A stretch of DNA of 64,000 nt from Naegleria gruberi (Eukaryota): NCBI GenBank assembly GCA_000004985.1, contig GG738924.1; one strand, 5' to 3'. The translations under genes were made by a program, and so were the position numbers. This document shows, in pieces, positions 32,359 through 43,099 of this stretch; the first letter of the stretch is position 1, and every line of letters starts with the position of its first letter. The notes under the pieces were generated by a model that worked only from the letters and a program-made list of their open reading frames with translations, did no database searches and had not been told where the DNA came from.

Positions 32359-32596
32359 TTTTTTTGATTATGATATGTGATGGCAAATTTGACGTGTCAC
32401 TCCCACAAGCGGGATCTATTTTTAGTTTGGTTTGAAATTTTAAAAGCGTGCTCCAAAACACCTCCCATAATTTCCGCATGATTAAAATACACCCAGTGTT
32501 CGAGACACAATGCCATCGTGGATGATATTTGTCATCTGGTGTTTATTGGAACATTATCAAATAAATGGATTAGACAAAAGTTACCAAAATCTTAGT

Positions 32597-32657
32597 AGTA
32601 CCGTTTCAGTTTTACCTAGTTGTAATAAACATCGGAAATTTATTTATGAATTTACAC
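32597..32657 (+). repeat. 61-bp segment, inverted copy at 40356-40416
   Basis: AATCTTAGTAGTACCGTTTCAGTTTTACCTAGTTGTAATAAACA(T/C)CGGAAATTTATTTATG. Each copy lies 30-40 bp from an (AT)n microsatellite. Confidence 0.7.
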
Positions 32658-32683
32658 AAAAAACTCGAGGAAGTTAAATGATC

Positions 32684-32686
<3 letters not shown>

Positions 32687-32716
<30 letters not shown>
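32687..32716. repeat. (TA)15 microsatellite
   Basis: Seen directly. Confidence 0.95.
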
Positions 32717-32718
<2 letters not shown>

Positions 32719-33581
32719 TATTTTCAACATCAATTTGTTCCAGTTAATTTTAAATCCATAGCTCTAAGAACCTCGTTAAAACCATTTGTCTTTTTCTTGT
32801 TGTTAAAGTTTTTCCTTGCTTTGATGAAGGATCTGTTAAACTCCAAAACAGTATCATCTAAAAACAATTTTTCCTCTTTGTTCACATCTAATTCAACTAA
32901 AGTATCCTTCAGCTTGTATTGTTTTCTAGCAATTGTTACATCTTGTACCTTGAAAATATCATGTTTTTAAAACCACAAAATAATAAAATAATAAATTAAG
33001 ACAAATGGATTAAAAGCTCAAGGATTGAGACACCAATTAGTGAATCAACCTTGGAACCTGCTTTAAAGGATATAAATCTTTATTTAGCAGGTCCCTAGAA
33101 ATTAAAGTCTCAAAATTATGAAAAACTTATCGATAGTTTTGAAGCTAAAGATAAGAAAAAACATAGAGTATGTGAATAAATTGTAAAACCTGTGTCTTCC
33201 ATGAAGAAACAGAAAGCTAATTGAAGGAGAAGAACTTTCCAATTTGGGATATTCGAAACTTCGAGACTAAAGTAGTCAATTTGAGTAAGAAAGTGAAAAG
33301 CAACTGCATACATTGGAAGAATCACCAAAAAGTAAATGAATAACAAATAGAAAGTCCTAAAATCACCATTAATATATAAAAATCTATATGAATTTTCTGA
33401 AACAAATGGAATGAAAAATAAAATGATTCGAATCTATTAGAAACTGTCATCCAAAAAATAAGTTAGTGAATAAATGTAAAAATTGCACATCTTGAATGTA
33501 CACAGCCGCACTCTGAAATTAGCCCACTTACTGGGTGCTAATGAGCGAAATAAAGGCTGAAAAATTGTAAATACTAATTAA

Positions 33582-34231
33582 GGGTGGGTATGGGTGGGAC
33601 TTTGCCTTAATGATGACATGATGTTGAGACTATTTTTTGAGCATAATTTTTAAAATAATATTTTAATAATTTTGTATAAAAACACACTAGTTCTTCACCA
33701 TATTCAGAACTCCCATTGTTCAATTCGTCAATAATCAATTTCAATTCATTTCTACAGGCAATAACTTCTGATGAATTGACAGATAATCCATCATAACCAT
33801 GAATGCATTTTCCCTTGTAAACTTCATTCAATTCTAACGTCTTGTTTAGCATTACAAATTTCTTATTTTTGTAATCTAAAATCTTATCTTCAGTATAATT
33901 TTTGGAATTCGCAGCCATAACCCCAAATGCAATTTCTCCAATTTCTTCGGAGAACATAGTAAAATTTTCCGTAAAAAAGTCATGAAACGTTTTGGACTTC
34001 TTCTTCCAAAATTCAAATAACAAAGATTGGAATATTTCTGCATTCCTATATAAGTTATGTTTTCCCAAAATAAATAGGTATGTTAATACATCTCTAGATA
34101 ATGAAAATTCATTCCAATTTCCAACTCTCAATGCATAATAATAACTTCTAAGGGCTGGTAAAATTGTCTCAAAAAGAATTGTAAAGTTTTTGGCAGCTAT
34201 TGTAGTAGTTCTAACCTGAATTGTAAAGTTT
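33582..34231 (-). mobile_element. retroelement remnant: a DIRS-type 3' terminal-repeat motif (33582-33660) fused to an upstream 170-210-codon ORF with no ATG, plus a 35-bp tandem duplication at 34178-34251
   Basis: On the reverse strand the ORF ends ...KNYAQKIVSTSCHH*, running through ATGCTCAAAAAATAGTCTCAACATCATGTCATCATTAAGGCAAAGTCCCACCCATACCCACCC. The protein (..FGVMAANSKNYTEDKILDYKNKKFVMLNKTLELNEVYKGKCIHGYDGLS..) is not recognisable. Confidence 0.35.
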
Positions 34232-34641
34232 TTGGCAGCTATTGTAGTAGTTCAAACACCAAGCAAAGCGAATATCTCCAACATTCGTCAAAGAGTTTCA
34301 GCAAGCAAATCTTCAACTTCTACCTACAAGTCAGGTTACATCCCAGTAACTGACAATGGTAGCTCAGCTTCACTCCCCTCTGTGGTTGACCCAACAAGCA
34401 AAACCTTGGATAACAATCAAGCTGGTTCTGAAAAGAACCTTGATGCTATTTTCAACGCCATCACTTCTTTGGGTGAGAGAATAAAGCATCTCGAAGCTGT
34501 TCCTCCTGTTCTGCAACAAGCTAATCAACTTGATGAAGACCCTGATGAGGAATCCGCTGATGAGGATTTCACTGGTAAACATTGGGGTCTAACTACTATC
34601 AAGGAGATTAGACGTAACTACGAAGTTGGTGATAGACTATC

Positions 34642-36064
34642 TGTTATAGGCGATAAAAACTCGCACGAAGACCCAGGCAGTTAAATTCGTTGGTATGAAC
34701 CTTCCAGGCGAAAAATACTTCTAGGATAGATTCCATTAAAATTATCCATCCCTAAAAGTCTGCTATATCAGGGATGGAATTAGGCCTTGCACAAATAGAA
34801 TCCAATTAGACAACACTTATCTGTTAAGGTAGGAATTATCATTAATATGATAAGTCTCATTAAACAAGCTCTATTAGCATGAATTTAGAGCCATTATGTG
34901 TAATATCTTGTTTTATGAACCTATTCAATATCTACTAGGATTTTATGAATTATCAAGTATTAAAGAAGTATATTTAATTGGTAAATAATCACAGATTAGT
35001 TTTTAAAAATTTAAAATCTCCAATTCAATGAATTTAACACAATAAATTAATGTGTGATACAAAAGTACAATGAAATTTATTATTTTGATGTTTTGACATG
35101 GTGAACATCTGGTTAGGCTGAGAACTTGCATGTTTAGAGAGAAATTTAAGATCTTTATGATCTCATCGAAATAAAACGAAATATTTGATATGGTACATCT
35201 ACAATAATACTAATAACAGTTTATTAATGTTTCAAGAAGTTTGGCTATGTACTTTTGGCATGAATCATGATATGTTATCATGAATATTCCGAAGTTGGTA
35301 AAACAACAAAATGATGAAAAACTGATAATAAATATATTGTTTATTATGTATTTGAATAGTAGTTATGAAAGACATTTTCAAAGTTGGTGAAGTACATGTT
35401 GAGTTATGGTCCATGTACATGTTGAAAATATACATGAACCTATCATCATGATAACCAATAGGAAAATGTTCGGAAGTGATTTTACCTGATGGAATCGACC
35501 ATGCTGAACAATACTAGATGAAAGTTTTCCAAATTACCATATGAATCTGGCAGTGATGATGATTTTAGTGAAAATATTGAATTTCACTAAAATATTACTA
35601 TTATCAGATTTATTTCCACAAATATTACTATTATAATGATGATAAATAACAATGATGATGGTTGGAAGTTGTTCCGATGATGGTTTACCAACTTGAATTT
35701 TTCCCAAGTGAAAATTAAATTCCAAATTTATAATCACAATCCAATAATAAAAAATACTACCAGTAATACTATTAGGATGATGTTGAGATGATGATGTGAA
35801 AGTTTGGTGGATTCATGGGGTGAAATCACTCTGAAAATCACCAAAGTGTTCCCAATGTGTGTTTGGGCTGAAATATTTTTTCTTAATGGTGGAAAATAAT
35901 GGAACGTGTATTTGTTCGGTGTTATTAATACATACAAGGCAACACCAAGAACTTTTGTCCATCAAATAAGCACCTTACTATTTTCGCATAGACATTTTAG
36001 GCTATTTTTTTTGGCCTATATATTTTTTGCCTGTTTTTCAGGCGAAAAAAGTAGCCTAGAACAT
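34642..36064. mobile_element. ~1.42-kb non-autonomous TIR (DNA-transposon-like) insertion inside ORF1 of DIRS copy 2
   Basis: The empty site is seen in copy 3 (GATAGACTATC|CGATGG). The insert ends are TGTTATAGGC...GCCTAGAACA (10-bp TIR, one mismatch), flanked by duplicated ATC/TATC. Interior is AT-rich with no ORF over 70 aa. Confidence 0.55.
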
Positions 36065-36567
36065 ATCCGATGGAGATGTCTTAAGTTTTGTCTCAGCCAA
36101 AACACTTCGTCATTACTCTTCCAATGAGGCGTTGTTGAGTAGAGTTCAAGTTTTGATGGCTCGATTTGAATCTGTCATTCACAACTCTCGTAACTATCCT
36201 CGTCTGCAAGAAATTCAATCCAAAGGCTTGCAAAAGATGATGGAAATGTTACATTTGAAGTCTAAATTACTTCAGTTTGCTCTGAGCCATCCATTAAATG
36301 TAACCAACATCATTGAAATCACTGAGTTGGTGTTTCTCCTCTCTGAGGTTGAGAAAATCTTTTTAGAAGAAGGTTTGTTCGAAAGTAACTTTGATGTTGC
36401 GAACCAATTTATTCAACCCTTCATCCAAAGCAACACGTTTGCTGATATAACAGAAAAAGCTCGTCAAAAGAAGAGAGAGAAGTCTATAGTAAAACATGCC
36501 ATCACCAGCAAGATCCAAAAACCTCTAAAGATGAAAGAAAAGTTTCAAAAACCGTCCTCTCATCAAG

Positions 36568-38553
36568 GTGGCATCCCTAACAGCTATTCAAAGCCATTCA
36601 ACAATTACAACAAGAGTGGTTCCTCTTTTCAAAAGTCAGGAGATTCCAAGCCAAAGTACAATAACAATGGTGGAGGATCTTTCAAACAAGACCTCTGACT
36701 TGGTAGGTTGCCGTCTCAACAAGTTTGTACCTCAGTGGGAGAGTTACAACTTCAACCCATTTATAGTGGATTGGATTCGAAATGGAGTCCCAATCTACTC
36801 AAATCCCACCCTTTGGAAAGAATTCAAACAAAGGAAGAATTTCTCTCCAAAGGAAACCTCTTGGATGGATCAGGAAATCCAAGATATGCTGAGTTCCAAT
36901 GTAATAGAGATTGGAAACAGTTCAACAATATTGAACCCAATAAACATTGTACCCAAGAAGGGTTCGGATCAATTTCGCTTTATTCTAGACCTAAGGAAGG
37001 TCAATTTAGGAATAAAGGACAGTTCCTTCAAGATGGACAACATTCAAAGATGTTTGAAATTTGTTCAGAAGGGAATGTGGGCAACAAAGATAGACCTGAA
37101 GAAGGGTTACTTCCACGTTCCAATCAGGGAGAAACATCGCAATCTTCTTGGATTCCGGTACAAGGACAAGATTTATCAGTTCAAATGCCTACCGTTTGGG
37201 CTAAGTCAAGCTCCCAGAAATTTCACAAAGATTATGAAAGAGTTGGTGACCAAGTGGAGAAAGAAGGGTATTCTAGTATTTATTTACATAGACGATATTT
37301 TGATTCTAAGCAACAGCAAAGAAACTACCCAACTGCTCACAGACATAGTCATGAAGGATCTGGAGACATTGGGATGGATAATCCAGAAAGAGAAAAGCGT
37401 ATTAGCACCGTGTCAACACATAGAGTTTCTCGGTCTGGAACTGGATCTCGTACTTGGCCTTGTGAAAATCCCAGTCAACAAACAATCAACAGCCTTAGAA
37501 ATGATTCAAAAATTCTTATCAGCAAACCAACGGAACAGGTTTGTAGCATGCAAGAAAGTAGCACAATTCCTCGGAAAGATGGAATTTCTAACTCTTTCAA
37601 ACCACTACTTTGCTCCCTTTCTTGCTCGTCTTCGGAAGGATATGGTGAAAGTAGTAAACGACAAATCTTGGCACGCATCAATGAGAATATTCAGAGGTGC
37701 AGCGAAGGATCTAAATATTTTGAAAGATCTGATTCAGGAAAACAGTGGAATTCCCTTCGAACTGAATTCAATGAACCCAATTCGAGTGAATTCAGATGCC
37801 TGCCCAACAGGCTATGGAATTCACGCAGAGTCAACCATTACAATTGGAAGATTCACTTCCTCAGAACACATCAATGTGAAAGAGTTAAAAACACTCCTCA
37901 TTTTCTTCACACAAGCAGATCGGTTAAACCTTTATGGTCCTGGACAAGCATTCGAAATCAGAGGCGACAATGTTACAGCAATTTCCTATATAAGGAGAGG
38001 TTACGGAGTCATAGAAGAACTCTCTCAAATTGCCAGAGACCTCTACAAGATCTTGATGAGAAGAAAATGGTGGATTTCAAAGGTGATTTACATTCCCTCA
38101 AAGGAGAACAATCTAGCAGACAGACTGAGTCGCTTAACAGAATGGAAATCATCTCAAGAACTACTGCATCTAGTTCAGACAGAATTTGGAGAACACCATG
38201 TGGACAGGTTCGCGACATCGGAATCAACCACAACAATTCAATTCAACTCATGGATAGAGAACGACACATTCTTGAATCCATGGGAACAAAATCTGATGAG
38301 TTATTGTGTTCCTCCTCTGGGTCTGATATCTCAAGCTCTAGTTCATTGCATAAAATCAGAAGCGAAAGCGACATTTGTAGTTCCAGACTGGCCCTCTTCG
38401 ATATGGTTTCCAGTCTTGCTAAAGATATCAGAAAGGATAATACCTGTTTCCCGAAAGATGCTTATAATAACGCCCTTGTCAGAGTTGCAAGACAAGTTCG
38501 AGACTTCCAATTTCCTGGTTGTTCAAGTGCATGGCAAGTTGTTCAAGCAATAA
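36568..38553 (+). CDS. DIRS-like RT/RNase H ORF of copy 2 (661 aa, uninterrupted)
   Basis: RT motifs as above. Confidence 0.65.
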   Translation: MASLTAIQSHSTITTRVVPLFKSQEIPSQSTITMVEDLSNKTSDLVGCRLNKFVPQWESYNFNPFIVDWIRNGVPIYSNPTLWKEFKQRKNFSPKETSWMDQEIQDMLSSNVIEIGNSSTILNPINIVPKKGSDQFRFILDLRKVNLGIKDSSFKMDNIQRCLKFVQKGMWATKIDLKKGYFHVPIREKHRNLLGFRYKDKIYQFKCLPFGLSQAPRNFTKIMKELVTKWRKKGILVFIYIDDILILSNSKETTQLLTDIVMKDLETLGWIIQKEKSVLAPCQHIEFLGLELDLVLGLVKIPVNKQSTALEMIQKFLSANQRNRFVACKKVAQFLGKMEFLTLSNHYFAPFLARLRKDMVKVVNDKSWHASMRIFRGAAKDLNILKDLIQENSGIPFELNSMNPIRVNSDACPTGYGIHAESTITIGRFTSSEHINVKELKTLLIFFTQADRLNLYGPGQAFEIRGDNVTAISYIRRGYGVIEELSQIARDLYKILMRRKWWISKVIYIPSKENNLADRLSRLTEWKSSQELLHLVQTEFGEHHVDRFATSESTTTIQFNSWIENDTFLNPWEQNLMSYCVPPLGLISQALVHCIKSEAKATFVVPDWPSSIWFPVLLKISERIIPVSRKMLIITPLSELQDKFETSNFLVVQVHGKLFKQ

Positions 38554-38688
38554 GGGATCTTAGTATCCTTTCATCAATAGCTGAGAAAACATTCAGAACT
38601 TATAATAGAATTTATGGTGGTTTTCTCTGGTTTATCAATGTGTTTGATCTCACCATTGATGATCCTATAGCTATTGAATATTGTTGAA

Positions 38689-40030
38689 CTGTTTCCAATC
38701 TCTATTACATTGGAACTCAGCATATCTTGGATTTCCTGATCCATCCAAGAGGTTTCCTTTGGAGAGAAATTCTTCCTTTGTTTGAATTCTTTCCAAAGGG
38801 TGGGATTTGAGTAGATTGGGACTCCATTTCGAATCCAATCCACTATAAATGGGTTGAAGTTGTAACTCTCCCACTGAGGTACAAACTTGTTGAGACGGCA
38901 ACCTACCAAGTCAGAGGTCTTGTTTGAAAGATCCTCCACCATTGTTATTGTACTTTGGCTTGGAATCTCCTGACTTTTGAAAAGAGGAACCACTCTTGTT
39001 GTAATTGTTGAATGGCTTTGAATAGCTGTTAGGGATGCCACCTTGATGAGAGGACGGTTTTTGAAACTTTTCTTTCATCTTTAGAGGTTTTTGGATCTTG
39101 CTGGTAATGGCATGCTTTACTACAGACTTCTCTCTCTTCTTTTGACGAGCTTTTTCTGTTATATCAGCAAACGTGTTGCTTTGGATGAAGGGTTGAATAA
39201 ATTGGTTCGCAACATCAAAGTTACTTTCGAATAAACCTTCTTCTAAAAAGATTTTCTCAACCTCAGAGAGGAGAAACACCAACTCAGTGATTTCAATGAT
39301 GTTGGTTACATTTAATGGATGGCTCAGAGCAAACTGAAGTAATTTAGACTTCAAATGTAACATTTCCATCATCTTTTGCAAGCCTTTGGATTGAATTTCT
39401 TGCAGACGAGGATAGTTACGAGAGTTGTGAATGACAGATTCAAATCGAGCCATCAAAACTTGAACTCTATTCAACAACGCCTCATTGGAAGAGTAATGAC
39501 GAAGTGTTTTGGCTGAGACAAAACTTAAGACATCTCCATCGGATAGTCTATCACCAACTTCGTAGTTACGTCTAATCTCCTTGATAGTAGTTAGACCCCA
39601 ATGTTTACCAGTGAAATCCTCATCAGCGGATTCCTCATCAGGGTCTTCATCAAGTTGATTAGCTTGTTGCAGAACAGGAGGAACAGCTTCGAGATGCTTT
39701 ATTCTCTCACCCAAAGAAGTGATGGCGTTGAGAATAGCATCAAGGTTCTTTTCAGAACCAGCTTGGTTGTTATCCAAGGTTTTGGATGTTGGGTCAACCA
39801 CAGAGGGGAGTGAAGCTGAGCTACCATTGTCAGTTACTGGGATGTAACCTGACTTGTAGGTAGAAGTTGAAGATTTGCTTGCTGAAACTCTTTGACGAAT
39901 GTTGGAAATATTCGCCTTGCTTGGTGTTTGAACCATTTCAATATACTTAATTTTTTTGAGCATAAAATTATTTATCAACTCAATTTTATTGTTTACAATT
40001 TGTCGTAATACTAACGTTGCATCGTTCCTC
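38689..40030 (-). mobile_element. DIRS-like element copy 3 (same subfamily as copy 2): 5' region, ORF1 (38911-39978) and the first about 150 codons of RT, truncated and joined tail-to-tail to copy 2
   Basis: ORF1 starts MVQTPSKANISNIRQ.... The RT start MASLTAIQSHS..IEIGNSSTI is identical to copy 2 up to the junction. The upstream motif ATGCTCAAAAAAATTAAGTATATTGAAATG is at 39945-39990. Confidence 0.7.
38911..39978 (-). CDS. DIRS-like ORF1 (gag-like, 355 aa) of copy 3
   Basis: Full-length version of the interrupted ORF1 of copy 2. Confidence 0.6.
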   Translation of the reverse strand: MINNFMLKKIKYIEMVQTPSKANISNIRQRVSASKSSTSTYKSGYIPVTDNGSSASLPSVVDPTSKTLDNNQAGSEKNLDAILNAITSLGERIKHLEAVPPVLQQANQLDEDPDEESADEDFTGKHWGLTTIKEIRRNYEVGDRLSDGDVLSFVSAKTLRHYSSNEALLNRVQVLMARFESVIHNSRNYPRLQEIQSKGLQKMMEMLHLKSKLLQFALSHPLNVTNIIEITELVFLLSEVEKIFLEEGLFESNFDVANQFIQPFIQSNTFADITEKARQKKREKSVVKHAITSKIQKPLKMKEKFQKPSSHQGGIPNSYSKPFNNYNKSGSSFQKSGDSKPKYNNNGGGSFKQDL

Positions 40031-40271
40031 GCAACTCTACATTGGAAGTAATAATCTTTATGGTAAATCCAAAGAAAATAAATTCAAAGAAAAAACAAAC
40101 TTTGTAAAAATATTACAAAAACACTGTTATTAGAAGTAGTAAAAGTAGAGTTATGATAGTTGTTTATTAAAACAAAGAAAAACTCTTACAACAAGAAATA
40201 GACAACTAGATTCATGGAGGTTGATGGAGTAGTTTAAAAATAAATGGAACAACTAATATCTAACATCAATT

Positions 40272-40274
<3 letters not shown>

Positions 40275-40310
<36 letters not shown>
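40275..40310. repeat. (AT)18 microsatellite
   Basis: Seen directly. Confidence 0.95.
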
Positions 40311-40312
<2 letters not shown>

Positions 40313-40335
40313 CAAATATCATCATTTGACTACTT

Positions 40336-41290
40336 TCAGCTTTTATTGTTAAAAACATAAATAAATTTCCGGTGTTTATTACAACTAGGTAAAACTGAAA
40401 CGGTACTACTAAGATTATCGTATCTAGTGGGGAACTTATGAAAATTAGGGGTTCTGCTGGCCCATTTGCTGACTTTTTCAATGGTTTCTACTGCTTTTAC
40501 TTTTTCAGCAGATTTAATGGCCTTCTCTTGTTGTTTGGAGGTGATTTGGTCAAGTGAACCTCCTGATTTGTAGCTGTTAGAGAAGTTTTCAGCTGCTTCA
40601 AAGCCATTTTTAATGCCCATTCGAATACAGACTAGATTTAACTCAGAAATATTCTGAATAAATTCAAATCCTTGAAGAATAAGCGGTAAATCAAGGGTAT
40701 CACTCTCTCTCAAACGCTTGCAGATTTGAGAGATGATAAAAGAGTTTGTTAAAAGTAAAGAATAACCTTTACTTTTAATATCTTTTATACCAGATGAATC
40801 TGGAATGGGAGTGTCTACTTCTTTTCTGAACAACAATTCAAGAGCAGCCATTCTATTCTTGAATTCCAAGTTGTCAGCGTATGGAGCATTGGCTGTTTCG
40901 AATAGAAGAGAAACAGCTTCTTCCAACGGCAAATCTTCTTTCAATGACTCACCAAACATTCTTTGGTAAGAGTTGATGACGTGGTTTTTAAACCAATCAT
41001 CTGGTTCATCAGCAACTCTTGCTCTTTTACCAGAAACCTCTTCAGATGGGTTGGACTCAAACAATTCCATCGAAGAAGCGAGAGCAGAAGCACCTTGTGA
41101 ACCAACCTTGGCGGAAGGAGTTAGAACAATGACTCGTTGCTCGCTACCTGCAGAAGGTGAGCTAAGGTCTTTCGTTTTCTTGTTGTTCTTTGGTGTAGTT
41201 GGTGTTGGGGCCATTGTGATAATTTTTTGAGCATGGAAAAATACTCAACTTATATTTTATTAAGTTTACAATGAAAACAAGTCCATTCTT
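40336..41290 (-). mobile_element. solo gag-like ORF (292 aa, 40336-41214) of a third DIRS-like subfamily, with upstream ATGCTCAAAAAATTATCACA-ATG motif; its 3' end lies in the 61-bp inverted segment
   Basis: MAPTPTTPKNNKKTKDL.... The same conserved leader motif precedes ORF1 of copies 1 and 3. No RT or YR follows. Confidence 0.45.
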
Positions 41291-41922
41291 CACTTCGCTC
41301 AGAATTAGACATTAGAGGGTGTTTGTTCATAAGTGCTAGATAGATATCGTGCAGATGGTGCATTGGGGAATCCAATAACTAGAAAAGAAGGTGATAATTG
41401 CAAGCTAGAAGAAATAGATTTCTTATCCGTATCAATTCTACGAATTATATTAGCTTTTTCTCTTGTTTCAGTTATCCAATTTGGGCAAGGATCAAACTCT
41501 TCAGAAGCAAACAAATCAGTATCCTGTCCGGAAAGAACAAGGTCCCTGGTGGTAACAAATAATTACAGGTATCCACACACATTTCTTCTACTGTTCCTTC
41601 ACATTCGTTTTCATTAGCCATTTTTCTTACTTGTTGTTCCATTTTTTAAAAGTGTTTTTTAACGAGTAATAAGCGTTTCCAATCAAGATTTAAGGCTTGC
41701 TCGAGTTTCAGTATTTATTCGATTAATGTATTCTCTCCTGATAAGAAATAAAGCAATTATTATTCACACAATAAACTCTGGACTTGCCGAAACTTGATAA
41801 ATCTAAGAGGATCAACCATTTGCTTTCAAGTATTCTAATTCATTAAATCTATGCATCCTTAGTAACTGAAAAAGTGGCTGAGGAAAATTTTCATTAAAAT
41901 AAAAATAGACCAGATCAAAAAC

Positions 41923-43011
41923 ATGGGTTGTTATGCTAAAGAGAATAGATTAACCGACCAAGAAGAAATTTTCAATGAGGGAGGAGGAGATGACGTAGCA
42001 GTTATGAAATATTTTGATATTAAGAATTCATCAATATTAGCAGCAACTATTATTTGGCAATTTTCGGATGAACATATGATGTTTTATTCGGGCGAATCTC
42101 GTGAAGAATTTCAAGATAATATGCCCCTCAATGACTTTGCCAATGAATGTATTCCATTGTGGTTACCTGACATTAGAAAGAAAGCTTTCAAAATTTGCAC
42201 TTTGAAAGAATGGTTAGATGAAGATGAAAATAATCCTCTTCATTCTTCTGGATTTCAATTTTCTCCTTCATACATAGGAAGTTCATCAATTGAGAAGGAA
42301 GGTACAATTTATTGTGCTTCAAATGATTTGTTTTCTCCTCATCAAGTAATGATGAAAGAAAAAATTAAGAGAAAGTTTGTGGAATTTTGTGCTTGTACCT
42401 CCTTTGGAAATGGATTGGATATTGAGGGAATTGATTTTTCAATGTTATGTGGAAAGATTTCGGATAACAGCTTGAAAACAGAGTTTATTGTACCATGTGC
42501 TTATAATCAAGTAGAAGAAACTCCTGTTATAGTGATTGGATACCCAACAAGACCTTCCAAGGCTCAAATTCTGAATGCTTATGAAATTCCTCCAAAAAGG
42601 AGGGCATTCGATGCTATATTCTCTTACAATTATAAAACAGCAAGTATAGGAAAGATCAAACACAGCACTAATCCCGATTTCATGTTAATTTCAAATGCGA
42701 CTTGTTTTGGAATGGAAGGTTCTGCTGTATTTTCTATAAAAGGGGAATTAATTGGAATAGTTATGAAAAGAAAGAAGATTTCAAAGTATAACATTGTTTT
42801 AAGTGTAAATCATCCAAGTTTTGTCATTGAATATTTGAGCTACCCAGGAAATGAACTTCTTTCTATGGATAGATCATTATATCTGCCTTTACTAGCTCCA
42901 TATATTGAGAAACACTTTCAACTTTTAACGAAAGCAATCGAAAACAAGTTGTTGAACGAAACTTTGAAGAAGAATGTGAAAAATGTGTTGGACATGGTTA
43001 ATATGAGATAA
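41923..43011 (+). CDS. hypothetical protein with N-terminal MGC (myristoylation/palmitoylation-type start) and a C-terminal trypsin-like (chymotrypsin-fold) peptidase-like domain
   Basis: ...PVIVIGYPTRPS...NATCFGMEGSAVFSIKGELIGIVMKR resembles the GxSGxP..G(E/K)(L/V)(I/V)GI nucleophile block of S1/S7-type serine peptidases. Confidence 0.45.
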   Translation: MGCYAKENRLTDQEEIFNEGGGDDVAVMKYFDIKNSSILAATIIWQFSDEHMMFYSGESREEFQDNMPLNDFANECIPLWLPDIRKKAFKICTLKEWLDEDENNPLHSSGFQFSPSYIGSSSIEKEGTIYCASNDLFSPHQVMMKEKIKRKFVEFCACTSFGNGLDIEGIDFSMLCGKISDNSLKTEFIVPCAYNQVEETPVIVIGYPTRPSKAQILNAYEIPPKRRAFDAIFSYNYKTASIGKIKHSTNPDFMLISNATCFGMEGSAVFSIKGELIGIVMKRKKISKYNIVLSVNHPSFVIEYLSYPGNELLSMDRSLYLPLLAPYIEKHFQLLTKAIENKLLNETLKKNVKNVLDMVNMR

Positions 43012-43099
43012 AGAGTTAAATCATTTTAAATAAATTGATGTATTAATTCTGGGTTTTTAATGGAAACCCAACATTTATTAAGTATACAGGATTGCAGAA

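Larger units (their letters stand above)
34250..38688 (+). mobile_element. DIRS-like element copy 2: 5'-truncated at the ORF1 ATG, ORF1 interrupted by a 1.4-kb insertion, intact RT ORF (36568-38553), YR ORF truncated at 38687 where the element ends against inverted copy 3
   Basis: ORF1 reads VQTPSKANISNIRQ...EVGDRLS | insertion | DGDVLSFVSAKTLRHY.... RT is ...ILNPINIVPKKGSDQFRFILDLRKVNLGIKDSSFKMDNIQRCLKFVQKGMWATKIDLKKGYFHVP...FIYIDDILIL in one frame. YR ends ...IDDPIAIEYC* before its catalytic domain. Confidence 0.7.

Noticed and set aside
41305-41640. Small minus-strand ORFs (57 aa MEQQVRKMANENECEG... and 69 aa) as a tiny gene
   Set aside because: I could not build a consistent splice model. 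The ORFs lie in the 5' flank of the solo gag remnant, so they are probably element leader sequence.
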